From Octopus bimaculoides (Eukaryota), in assembly GCF_001194135.2 (NCBI RefSeq), contig NC_068988.1, forward strand, positions 47,640,928-47,704,927: DNA of 64,000 bases. Reading direction: 5' to 3'. A program made the translations under genes and the position numbers. Below the pieces are notes generated by a model, which did not search any database, was not told the origin of the DNA, and worked only from the letters and a program-made list of their open reading frames with translations. Below, in pieces: positions 25,453 through 37,512 of this stretch. Every line of letters begins with the position of its first letter. Positions within the stretch are counted from its first letter, which is position 1.

Positions 25453-25838
25453 ATCTTTTACCTGTTTCAGTTCAGAGACTGCGGCCAAGCTGGGATAGTA
25501 CCTTGAAGAATTTTTAGTCAGATGAATCGACCCCAGTACTTTTTTTTTATTTTAAAGCCTGGTGTTTATTCAACCGGTCTCTTTTGCTGAATTGATAAAT
25601 TATGGCGATGTAAACACACCAACACCTGTTGTGAAGTGGTGGGGTGACAAACACATACACATATATCTATAAATATGTATATACGATGGGCTTCTTTCTG
25701 TTTCCGTCTACCAAATCCACTCACAAGGCTTTGGTTGGCCCGAAACTATAGTAAAAGACGTATTCCCAAGGTGCCACGCAGTGGGACTGAACCTGGAACC
25801 ATGTGGCTGGAAGCAAGCTTCCTAGTACACAGCCAGTA
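25453..25838 (-). mobile_element. SINE family B (tRNA head, CORE-like block)
   Basis: Reverse complement of 31342-31676. Confidence 0.85.
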
Positions 25839-26419
25839 CTATTTGTTTCTAATTACGTGTGTTTTTTTAATTTCAATTTTTAGTAGTTATTATCAATTTT
25901 ATGCGTCATCATCACATTTCTTTTCCTTTTGTTCTTATGTTTCATTATTAATATTATTATTTGTTGTAGCTCTTGATGGTATTCTTCTTGTATGTACGAG
26001 GGGAAGATGTTGATTTGGAGCGCGTAAGTTCTTTTCTTTTGAACGAAGTCATTTTTTATTTTGATTCTATCATTTTGATACTAATCTATGAAGTATCCTC
26101 CAAGGTTAGTCGGCTTTGTAAAATATTTGTTCCTTTTGGGCGAATTTTGAAAGTTTTCAACAACAAAGTTAGATACTTAAAAAACAAATTTATTGTATAT
26201 GGCTTCTACTACTAAGGCATTGGGTCGGTATAATTTTTAGCAAGTCAGAGAGAATATTTACCAACATTTCTTCCAGCTATCTAGGTTTTGAGTTCAAACT
26301 CCAATGAGGTTTACTTTGTTTCAGACCTTTCAAGTTCGCTGAAATAAGCATCAGTCAAGCGCTGATGCAATTGGCTAATTCCCAATTACTGAACTCATGC
26401 CAAAATTTGATACCACTAC

Positions 26420-27210
26420 TATTGTCGTTGTTGTTGTTGTTGTCTTTGTTTGTCTTTGGCTTTAGGTGCTATGCCAGTTCATTCTGCTGAATAAGAAGTC
26501 ACATCCCACGCACTTTGGTATCCAGCTCCTTTCTTAAGCTTCTTATCCCTAATAAAAGATATTTTGCAAAACAGAGAAGTTTATGTTACAAGTAAGATAT
26601 TGCTCGGAATTTTCAAAATTTCTGCCTACGATACCGAATGCACCGATAACAAACAGCACATCTTTTACACTCTTACATTCCCACAGCCGCCCAATCTTGT
26701 ATCTGAAATAATTATTCTTATCAATCTTTTCCTGTACTTCCTCTTACACACTGGTATCAAAGAGTCATGCTATAGCCACCATTATACATTCACGAGATGT
26801 TTTGTGCATGATAACGATGTCAGAATGAAAGTGTTCCATGACTTTATTTTTCTACAGTTTACAGTCACATAGGATCTCTGTACGTCTTTTCATTCTCCAG
26901 TACCATTTCTAGCTTCTGGTCATCCCACTTTTCGGAAGAAGCGAAGTTGTACTTCTTACAGATTTCCCAGTGCACAACATTCGCCACCCTATCATGTCTC
27001 CAATACATATACCCTTTCTGTGCTCCTTTTAGACATTTTGAAACTATGTGTACAATTGTTTCTTCTCTTTCACCGCACATTCTACACTTCCCATCAATAT
27101 TTTCTTCATCAATGAATTTCCTGATGTTTTCCGTTCGCAATGCTTCCTTCTATACAGCCATAATCATTTCTTTATTACAACCTTCACTATCTTTTTTGAC
27201 ATTTCTTACG
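26420..27210 (-). mobile_element. R4/Dong/Rex6-like non-LTR retrotransposon 3' end (CCHC knuckle plus restriction-like endonuclease)
   Basis: KCRMCGEREETIVHIVSKC..RHDRVANVVHWEICKKY, then HSDIVI..IGRLWECKSV..VIGAFGIV..LQ..LRKEL; ends in an (AAC)n tail near 26420. Confidence 0.85.
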
Positions 27211-27974
27211 TTAAATTTAACTAAGCTCAAAATTATTTCACCCACATATATCTTCTTAAACGAAAAAAATTTATTTCGTATTTTTCAAATTCACTTTATT
27301 TCAAACACATAGTCTTTCTATCCTTATAATTAAACTGATATTACCACATGTAATGTGCAGAAAGTAGTTTTCATTTCGAACAATATTATAATCCTCACCC
27401 CCACCCCCAACACACTACAACAGTCGAGACAGATTGCTTATGAATATTGAGTTCTAACACTGGGTTATTAGTATCGCTATAATTAAACAAAACACCTATG
27501 TTTATATGTGTGTGTATATGTTTGCGCGCGTTTGTATGCGTGTGTGTGATTGGCAAAACTCTATCCTTTAAGTCAAAAAACTTCTTGGGCTCTGTAGTTA
27601 TCTGTATTGTTTGGAGTGAGCAATCATGCATGCTTGTGTGTATGTCAATAAACTGGCACTCGTGCAGAGGGTTACGCATATGCTTCGTTACTCTTTATGT
27701 GTATCAATTCTCTATGTGTATGTGGTTCGTGCGTATTTACATCGCTGGAACCTCAAAGAGAAGTTTTACAAATTTTCATGTACCTCTAACTGATGTATTT
27801 AGATAATCGAATCAGTTTCTTTGTTCACTTTTGAAGATACCCAGTATGTTTATGCAGATCAATTGTTATTTAACCCAGCGCCTATATTATAATAGAAACA
27901 GAAAATACATACCACCTTGATATAAGAGCTGTAATTTTTTTTTATTAATATTTCATAGCTACCAAAAAGCAGAT

Positions 27975-28400
27975 GTCTACAGCGGTTCCTTGGACTTTAC
28001 TTCCCATTTCCTACAACATTATCTGACCTACTGTTCTTACAATACGTTGTTGTTTACTTTAATATTCCGCCAGTATTACCTTTTAAAGATGTGGATATAC
28101 TTTGGTTCTTGTGTGCCTTCGCTATGGCCGTCACGACAATCTTTCCCGCCGCTATGTTGTGTCTTGAGTAAAGATTATATCTTGCAAATATTTTTGAATA
28201 TCTGTTGTTGTGGGTGATATCTTCCGCATTATTATGGCTATCTCGACATTTTCGATCATGAAACAGGGGTCTAGAGGCATGCTAATCTCTCTTTTTGGTC
28301 AGATAATTAGTAGTTGTCTTCTTAGTTTAGACAAGAAAGACGGAGCTTTCTAAGTGAGATATGATCGGTTCCAACAAAGGAAAAGATTCGTGTCGTTATT
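27975..28400 (-). mobile_element. Decayed RTE-like LINE 3' fragment
   Basis: Weak similarity to the RTE C-terminus (EG..PKYI..IVRT..M.SKV). Confidence 0.3.
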
Positions 28401-30181
28401 GCAAGAATTTTCTAACTTGCATGCATGTTTCCATACATAACCTTCTGTTGTTAAAATGAGTATTTCTCCTTCAAGTTAATATATATGAATGCATCTATGC
28501 ATGCATGCATCAATGTATTATGTATGTATGTATGTATGTATGTATGTATGTATGTATGTATGTATGTAGGTAGGTAGGTAGGTAGGTAGGTAGGTAGGTA
28601 TGTAGGTAGGCCTGCATGCATGCCGGCAAGTATATGTACATAAATATTTATGTGTATGAGTATATAATGCTCTTTCTTTGATGTCTGAAATATGATCAAC
28701 ATGTTGAAGATTCAGTTGAGATTTTGACAAAGGATATAAATGGCTATTTGTAAGATTAGTGTTGTTTACAAATCTCTGTACTTCCAGAGAAAAATATATC
28801 CACGAACTTGTTACAAAGTGTCAGTACATTAGACGTAATTATTTTGATTCGTGCAATAATATTTAATCGATTTTAACTTTTTAAATTACTTATATTTTTG
28901 TGATCTATTTATTTATTTGTTTGAAAATTAGATATATAAATACATTATCCAGAATATTGACAGTATAAATGGAAAGTGATATCTTCAAAACTTTAGCTAT
29001 TTTCTATTTTATTTCATTTGTACAAGAAAATAAGAAAAGTTTACAAGAAAACAATTATGATAAATATATGTATATGTATATATGTATGTNNNNNNNNNNN
29101 NNNNNNNNNNNNNNNNNNNNNNNNNNNNNNNNNAACTGATATAATTTCTGGGAGTAACATTTACTGTGAAGTTTCCTTTTCGTATTTTTCGAGATTTAGT
29201 TTAAGTAAGTACGGTAGCTAAATATATCAAACGAATATTTCAATTAGTTGAATATCCTACCACACTCAAAGCTATTACCGGTCCAAATATTCCTGGGACA
29301 TATTCGAACCCAAAAGAAAGCCATTCATTTTGTTTTGTCATGGAGAAAATTTTCTCACTGTAGACAGATGGTGTAAATACACCTAAAATCAGCTTCCAGC
29401 GCCACCTACCCGGACTGTGAGGCGCAAACATTTTGGAGCGGTTATCTCCTCTTCAGTCACAGTAACCAGACTGTTATGCGCAGCGAGCTCGTAGGAGAGA
29501 TTGTCTCTCTCATAATATTCCAGTCATCGTATAATAACTGCTAGCGTTAATCAACGGCTCACCATAAATAAATTACGGGGTACCAGCGCTAAACAGTGAT
29601 GTGTATAAATACAAGGTTACTACCAGTTTAAATATGTTGGTGCATATTTGTATTTATACACACCACTGCTTAGTGCTGCCACCCACTGATACACCCATTC
29701 ACAAACATTTATATTGTGTATGGTGAGGCAAGCTTACTTTTGCTTACCATGTTTTAGAACACGTTTGAGGCTGTGACGCCTACGTAAATTGTGAGCAGGT
29801 ATAGACATAATGTTTTACCACATTGAGATATAACGTTGTAAACTTTTAAATTAATGAAGTAACTCCTAACCTGAAATCATAGCCCCTTGGCATTTCACAA
29901 ATAAATTACTGTGAAATTATGAGCTGAAAAAAAGATTGTTGAGTGGACTAACTTTTTAGCTTGTGATTCATTAGGAAACTTCATTGAAAGAAAGCTGTCC
30001 TTGAGGGCGAATATGACTTGGGACTACTGGGCAAGATCTATTGAAAATAAAATAAACCACCGTACATGAAAATCGTCTGATACTCCGAGGGATAGACGTA
30101 AAGGATAAATACTTGATACACTTTATTTAGCTCAGTAGCTTCTCTTTATAGTATAGCAATTTTAATACTTACTTATATTAT

Positions 30182-30600
30182 AGGGGTGAGCTGGCAGAAT
30201 CATTAACGCGTTAATGAGGCGGCGAGCTGGCAGAAACGTTAGCACGTCAGGCGAAATGCTTAGCGGTATTTTATCTGCCGTTACGTTCTGAGTTAAAATT
30301 CCGCCGAGGTCGACTTTGCCTTTCCTCTTTTCGGGGTCGATAAATCCCTTTGTCTGTCCTTGTTTGTCCCCTCTGTGTTTAGCCCCTAGTGGGCAATAAA
30401 GAAATAAGAATCATTAACGCGTTATACAAACCCCTTAGCGGCACTTTTGGTTCCTTGTATTCTGAATTCAAATTCCCCTAAGGCTAACATTGCCCTTCAA
30501 CCCTTTGTGCTCGATAAAAAGAGTACCAGTTGAGCATCGAGGTCGATGAAGTCGACTAACGTCTTCCCCATAAAACTACTGACCTTTTGACAAAATTCGA
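30182..30600 (+). mobile_element. Older family-A-like SINE, interrupted by a younger copy
   Basis: Head 30182-30213 (GGTGAGCTGGCAGAATC) resumes at 30425 with CTTAGCGGC..CTGAATTCAAATTCC..TCGATAAAAAGAGTACCAG. Confidence 0.75.
30214..30407 (+). mobile_element. Young SINE family A with 17-bp TSD
   Basis: GGCGGCGAGCTGGCAGAAACGTTAG..TAAAGAAATAA flanked by exact GAATCATTAACGCGTTA at 30197-30213 and 30408-30424. Confidence 0.9.
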
Positions 30601-31267
30601 AGCCTATCTTATATTATGGTGGAGAGAGAGCAATTAATAATTTTAATCTTTGTACTTGCATGATATTTATTTTATTGACCGTAGAAAGATAAATAGCAGA
30701 GTTTATTAGAAGTGTTAATGGTTGTATGCTAATGCAACTAAATATTCATACATTTAGTCTTTCTCTCAACCAATTCTGTTAACCTGCCACCCAGCATTAT
30801 AGTAATAACGATGGCAATGTCTGTGGTATAAATCCATTCATACGCTGGTATAAAGTACAGGTGCATATAAATGTTTATATAGAAAAGGATTATAGTTGAC
30901 TAAATCTTATAAGTACCGGTAAATCCTTGGCACTTACACAGATCTATTCGACACAGTACTTGACTATTTCATTTTACACACACACACACACACACACGCG
31001 CACACACACACTTATACTGGTATTGATGCTGCAACATTCGAAATCTAACCGAAGAGAGCTAATCAAATTTACGTTAACAAATGTAATTTGGAAAGTTCGA
31101 AGTCTAGGTCCTAGATTATCTTCATTCTTCCTACAGGTAGGATGAAATTTTTTATGCTCGCCACCCGCAAACATCTTTGCCAGTATATATATGTACATTC
31201 AGTGAAGCTTTCCTATAGCGTCGAATATTATCCATTGCTATTCCAGTAAATATTGGTGTACCACTAT

Positions 31268-31324
<57 letters not shown>

Positions 31325-31341
31325 TTATCTATCTATATATA

Positions 31342-31676
31342 AGGCGCTGGAGTAGCTGTGTAGTTTGCTTCCCAGCCACATGGTTCCGGTTTCAGTCCCA
31401 CTGCGTGGCACCTTGGGCAAGTGTATTCTGCTATAGCCTCGGGCCGACCAAAGCCTTGTGAGTGGACATGTGACGGAAACTGAAAGAAGCGCGTCACGGC
31501 TGTATGTATTTGTGTGCCTGTGTTTGTCTCACTGCCTTCGGTTCAGCAAAAGACACCGATAGAATAAGTACTAGGTTTAAAAAGAATAAGTCCTGAGGTC
31601 AATTTCTTCGACTAAAGGCAGTGCTCCAGCATGGCCGCAGTCAAATGACTGAAGCAAGTAAAAGAATAGAAGAATA
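31342..31676 (+). mobile_element. SINE family B, near full length
   Basis: B-box GGTTTCAGTCCC, CORE-like GGCACCTTGGGCAAGTG, tail GCATGGCCGCAGTCAAATGACTGAAGCAAGTAAAAGA. Further copies at 25453 and 50015, fragments near 9745, 17200, 17960 and 18540. Confidence 0.9.
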
Positions 31677-31799
31677 TATATAAAGTCATAATGAGTTAGT
31701 TCCATTTAAGTAAAGAAAAAAAACTTAATAAATTATATGTTTCAAGTCAAAAACGATGTCAACCTCTCAGGTGTCTTTCGAAATATCTCAACATTTATA

Positions 31800-32480
31800 C
31801 ACAATATTTTTAGTCAGCTGTCTCAACACGAATGTCTTACATCTACTCCGGAGCGACGTCTTCTCTTAATACGTCGAATACATCTAAGCCTTGTAACGCT
31901 CTCCTAACTACTCGAATGACCAGCAACGCTTCAGCCATATTTCCTCTTACATCGAGGACATATGTCTAAATTGTATCAGGACAATTACTCCCCACAAAAC
32001 AATTTCCCCCGACGACAACTACCCTTAGGACAATTACCACCCTTGATTAATTACCCCCTCTCCAATATATTAAGAAGTTTTAAATCATCATTTGTTATCC
32101 TCAGGGGTAATTTTCCTTGGGGAGAGTGTGTATTTTCTATGGAGGTAAATGTCCTCGACTCATCTAAATTCTAAATACATTTCTCTTTGAAGTCATCGTT
32201 GTCGATGTCTTTAACATCCACAACTCTTCGTAACAGTATCACTCATCTCATACCGTTGCCATCGTTATAGAAGCCGATATTTTGCAATGTTTACCATTGT
32301 TCTTCAATTCAACTCATTACCTACACACATCCCAAATTGTCGTTCAGACAGCCCGATCAGCATGGATCTCTTTTTCACCTTCAAGACTGTAGAAAACTAT
32401 ATATCCATTGCATCTGTTGGATCATTTGACTACCGTCTCATTGCAACAACTCAGCGTACAGCAACATTTATCACAATACT
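31800..32480 (+). mobile_element. Decayed CR1/L2-type AP-endonuclease fragment, split by a small insertion
   Basis: RSPNY..SHISSYIED, VDVFNIHNS (GDFNxH), SLPTHIPN..MDLFFT (PT.IP..LDLFLT), ASVGSFDYRLI (LGxSDH). Confidence 0.6.
31978..32155. mobile_element. MITE-like insertion with AGGACAATT termini and subterminal CCCC/GGGG repeats
   Basis: AGGACAATTACTCCCC...GGGGTAATT...AAATGTCCT; a similar GGACAAATTATCCCC..CAATTGTCC motif pair lies near 47478-47870. Confidence 0.5.
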
Positions 32481-33129
32481 CTATACGAGGTATCTGAGAT
32501 AAGGTGTTTAATGATATGTCAGAGTGCTTATTATGAGTATGGCTATAACTTAGTATTTCATTACATTTATGTTACCGGTAATAAAGGTAGTTAGAGGTAA
32601 TAAACGCAGGGTAACTTCCAGACAATCGACTTTTGTGAGATGAGCATTAATGGTTATCCAGAAACCTAAATTCTTTAAAAGTTTGAGGGCTTAAGGCAAT
32701 TACCGATAAAAACAGATGCAAATTTTACCAGTTTGACATTAGTTGCAAATACTCATCGGTTACTTTAGCCATTTTAATGAAAACCATAAATTACAGTAAA
32801 TCCATCACGAACATTACGAGAAAGAAGCGAACGTCATTTTGTATGCTCGAAAGACGTTTGTCAAATAAAACCATAACTTATGGATCAATAAGAAATCCAA
32901 AGACACTTTCGGTGTGATTAGGTGTACCCGGCATTTCACGGACACCAATGACGCCATTAACATCTACATAGGGCAAAAAGATGTTAACCTAATATACTGA
33001 GAATCAAAGGTGGTCTTTATCGAGATGACGGCATTTTAATTCTGTAAATGATAATCCACGCACAACTAAGGAACTCAGAATATTTTTGTGCACGTGCGTT
33101 TGTGGGTGTGAGGTCGTTTGTACATGTAT

Positions 33130-33233
33130 ATGATATCTCGTTCAGTCATATACATTTAAAACTTATATTACTGGTTGTGTGTGTGTGTGTGTATGATATC
33201 TCGTTCAGTCATATACATTTAAAACTTATATTA
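33130..33233. repeat. Direct duplication of a 42-bp unique segment separated by (TG)n
   Basis: TATGATATCTCGTTCAGTCATATACATTTAAAACTTATATTA occurs twice. Confidence 0.9.
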
Positions 33234-33371
33234 ATGGTGTGTGTGTGTGTGTATCTGTATCAGTGTGTATTTATATCTATGTGAGTACATGTATATACAT
33301 ATGCTATGTACACACACGTGCACACACAAGCACACACAGCACGCACACACATACGCACACACATACGCACG

Positions 33372-33418
<47 letters not shown>

Positions 33419-34286
33419 CGTGAATGTTGACGATCGGGAACAGTTGATAGAAGATTGAGTGGTTCAGAAAGTAGTGATCTACAACGGTTTTAAAGCATTT
33501 TAAAATACGATGAATTGAACAATCGATCTTGAAATGAGCACTTCGTAAAGAGGACTTAACTTGAACCGCAAACACATTTCTACATGAAAATGTTTTTAAC
33601 AGCTGCAACAGAGTCTGTTTGTCGAAAACCGGCCTTGTTAGTTATATGAGATCTCATGAAGGCATTTAGTAATTGAAGAGGTGGACTCCTTTAGTAAAGA
33701 AGTGACATACATCATATATACTTATACATACGTGTTTACAGTAAATATAAAAGGAAATACATGTGTTGTTTATTGGGTTTTAATTAAACATTCCAAAGAA
33801 GAATTTGTAAATAGTTCGTTGTATATGCTACAACAAAACAAGAAATTTTCACATGCAAAGTGGACGGGAATTATAAATGTTAACACGCTCATTAATTTCT
33901 CTTCCATGTATTGGTAAACAAATTTAAACGGAAATGTATTTTAACAGAACAAAAGAAAGTGAAACACATCACTTTCTTACGTGTGCTTTATGTATGTAGC
34001 GCGTGATGTACACACACGCACACACATAATGTATTGTTCTGTGATAGTAAGATAAAAGAAAAGTAATAAACAGTACTCCAACTGGCGAGAGATAAATATT
34101 ATTTAATAAACACACTATTTGTATTTATATGCTGCTATTAGATTCATGTGCCGCGAGCATGTCAATCAGTGTTTTTAACGTCTGGCGTGATAGTACTAGG
34201 AAACCAGAGGTTTTAAAAACAGTGTCTGGCTTGCTCTCAGCACATGGAACTAATAGTAACACATAAATACATGTACAGTGTTTATT

Positions 34287-34323
<37 letters not shown>

Positions 34324-34680
34324 NNNNNNNNNNNNNNNNNNNNNNNNNNNNNNNNNNNNNNNNNNNNNNNNNNNNNNNNNNNNNNNNNNNNNNNNNNNNN
34401 NNNNNNNNNNNNNNNNNNNNNNNNNNNNNNNNNNNNNNNNNNNNNNNNNNNNNNNNNNNNNNNNNNNNNNNNNNNNNNNNNNNNNNNNNNNNNNNNNNNN
34501 NNNNNNNNNNNNNNNNNNNNNNNNNNNNNNNNNNNNNNNNNNNNNNNNNNNNNNNNNNNNNNNNATATATATATATATATATACATATATAATTTATATA
34601 TTATATGAGCTTATTAATGCATGTATTTATATACAGGGTGATTGAAAAGTAACTCCCTATCTTCAAATACTTATAAATTA

Positions 34681-36968
34681 CACTAGTCAACAAAATTAAA
34701 TATATTATGCTCATTATGAATGCAAATCAACTTTTTAAACTAATTTGTCATGCTGATTTCAAACTTTTACTCCATTTGTATGCAGCATGTGTCAGTTTTT
34801 CAGTAGATACATGCAAATATTTACATATTCGTATATATGAAATCATTAACGTAATAAAGAGGTACATATTATTTTTAGAAAGTACTCATTCTACAAAGAG
34901 TGAATACACAAAACATGGGTCAGACAAAACAAAGTTCGAACAACAGTGTCAGAAACATTGTGATTTGGATTTCCTGCGGTGTTCCTGATCTGGTTGATCA
35001 CCGTAAAGTGCCCAGCAGTAGTCAGCCAGCATACTGTCATTCAAGAAGCCTTAGTACCGTTTCTCCATAGCACTAATATCCTTGTGAAATCTCTCATCGT
35101 GTTCATCTGACACTGCTCCAAGGTTGACTGCGAAGAAATCCAGATGGGAGTTCAAGAAGTGAACGTTCAGTGACATGCGACAACCTATTGCTGAGTAACA
35201 TTTCAGAACATTCTTGATGCCATCCTTGTAGTCTATTGCCTTTTTGATGCCCTAGAAATTCTTACAGATCCAATTCAAAGCATTCCAGGCAAGCAGTTCC
35301 AATTCACCCAGTGTTGTCTTGAAGTTTACATCTTTGAGTACTTCTCTACTTTGGGGTCCGACAAAGATACCCTCTTTCAACTTCGCCTGTGTGGTTTGGG
35401 GAAACTTTCTACAATATACTCAAGCCCTCTGGTATTTCTCTTCCCCAGTGTCTTTACAAGCAGTCTCATCAGTCCAAGCTCTATATACGAAAGAGGCAAT
35501 AGGATCTACAAGAGGCGTATTCTTGACGCTAGACTGTCCTTGGCTGGTATGATATTCTTGTCTGCCAGTTTGATTCCGCATAATATCTGTCAGTTCCCGA
35601 CTATCCCGTGGACACAAGAAACAACAGTATTTTACGAAACCTGGCAGCATTCCCATTAGCATTCCAATGACTTTTAAATCTCATATTTTCTGTGAGTATC
35701 TTTCATAGCCAGTGGTATGAAGTAAAAGTTCCATATTCTAATATGATTCATGGTGATGAACGGGGCGTGCAATAGGAATGGAGGGCTTCAAATTACCGTT
35801 ATGGAGAAGTACAGCTTTTAAACTTCGTTTTGAAGAGTCAGTAAACAAACAACACTCTGCAGGATCATGATATTTTGATAAAGATTCGAAAACCCCATCG
35901 ATGTTCCTGCAAAAGCAAAGCGAGCCTTCAGCAAGAAAACATGTTTGTAGAACCACAATTCTCAGCCGAAAATAAGTTATACGAACACCGTGCTCTAGCA
36001 GATACTTTTCCTTCCGTCTTGATGCTTACAGTTCTGCTTTATCTTTTGAGAGGGACAGGTCCCTGACAAGGTCATTCAGTTCAGCTTGGGAAAATTTCTG
36101 ATGTTCAAAGCTATCGTTGTCAGCCATGTAATCCTCATCAGCATCATCATCTGATATTTCAGTATCATCATCTAGGGGAACTGGAATTAGCAGACTTCCA
36201 TTGTGAGACACAAGTCTCATCGCAGAGTTTTGTGTTTATTCTTCATAGAAAATCCTGTGACATTTACTTTGCAAAAATAACAGTCATTAAAATGGTCTTT
36301 CGGCTCCCTTCATATCATTGGAATGGCAAAAGGCATGGACTTTTTTATTATTGAACCAGTCACGTAAGCCATTTGAGCAAACTGAGCGGATAAAATGTGG
36401 TGCCCATAACTTGTCCTGATCTCCAAGAGGACAATCAAAGTATAGTTTATAAATCTTCTCAATCCTTGGTGTTATTGTGCATTTTTGAGTTTTCGCAATA
36501 AATTGTCCACAGACAACAAAACACATCAAGACGATTTCTACTCTGTCTTATCATTGCAAAAACTGTAAAACAAGTAAGGAAATAAATACAAACTGTTATA
36601 CTTGAATCTGAGATGATGAAATATTTCATCAGACCAATTATGACTGGACAACTGGAGATGTTGAAATACCTATTTCATCAGACAAAACTTTATTGGTTAA
36701 TCAAAGATGATGGCATATTGCCTCTGAACTATGCAGCAATGAACAATGTAGTCTATTTTAAAGGTATGTTTCCATGATGTAAAGGAAATACATGCATACA
36801 CGTCATTAATTGGAATTTCTATATAATGCATGAAATAAAACCAAAAACCTTTCTCATTTTGAAAACTACGTGATGTCAAAAAACTAATTGGATATCTGAA
36901 ATCAGTATTAAAAACTACACTAAGTACACTTTGACATATGCTTGATGACAAATAGTTGTTGACCAGTA
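34681..36968 (-). mobile_element. Full-length decayed Chapaev3-type (CMC) DNA transposon
   Basis: Termini CACTAGTCAACAAAAT / ATAGTTGTTGACCAGTA, TTA duplicated at 34678-34680 and 36969-36971, subterminal inverted ATRCTGATTTCA; 2288 bp. Confidence 0.85.
34949..36554 (-). pseudogene. Chapaev3-type transposase pseudogene (about 535 codons, frameshifted)
   Basis: Motifs VCGQF..LGDQDKLWAPH..CSVC, WREPKDHFNDCYFC, SQAELNDLVRDLSLSK, DSSKRSLKAVLLHNGN, DLKVIGMLMG..KYCCFLC, KEGIFVGPQ, HFLNSHLDFF..NLGAVSDEHDERFHKDIS, MLADYCW. Confidence 0.9.
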
Positions 36969-37424
36969 TTAAATATTAATTGTAATTTTTACAAAAATAA
37001 ATTTGTATAACAGGAAAGCGTTTAGTATGAGGTTTTATTTAAAATTCAATACGGGTTTCAGATGTCGCTACTAGCTACTTGAGTTGGCCAGGAATTGCGT
37101 CAACTGATTTCATCAGGAATTCTATAAGGATGAAAGAAAATAACTCCTCGTATTCGCTCTTCAAGTTCTTCCAAAGTCTTTGGCTTGGTACAATAGACTT
37201 GTTCTTTTAAACAACCCCAAAGAAAGAAGTCACAAGGTGTTAAGTCGGGACACCTGGCTGGCCACTCATGTGAACCACAACGACCCATCTATCTCAGCCA
37301 TTCACGAACGACAAGAGTACTAAATTCTCATACTTCGAAAGACAAGCACAAAAGATTTGAGAAAAGCTCCAATTAATAAATCATTTATAAGCATTCTAAA
37401 ATAGGGAGTTACTTTTCAATCACC

Positions 37425-37512
<88 letters not shown>

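Larger units (their letters stand above)
34634..37429 (-). mobile_element. Non-autonomous Tc1/mariner element (WPxRxPDLTPCDFFLWG type, rosa/DD41D-like), about 500 bp, split by Chapaev3
   Basis: TIRs CAGGGTGATTGAAAAGTAACTCCCTAT (34634) and ATAGGGAGTTACTTTTCAATCACCCT (37401-37426). Interior encodes EWPARCPDLTPCDFFLWGCLKEQVYCTKPKTLEEL. Confidence 0.85.
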
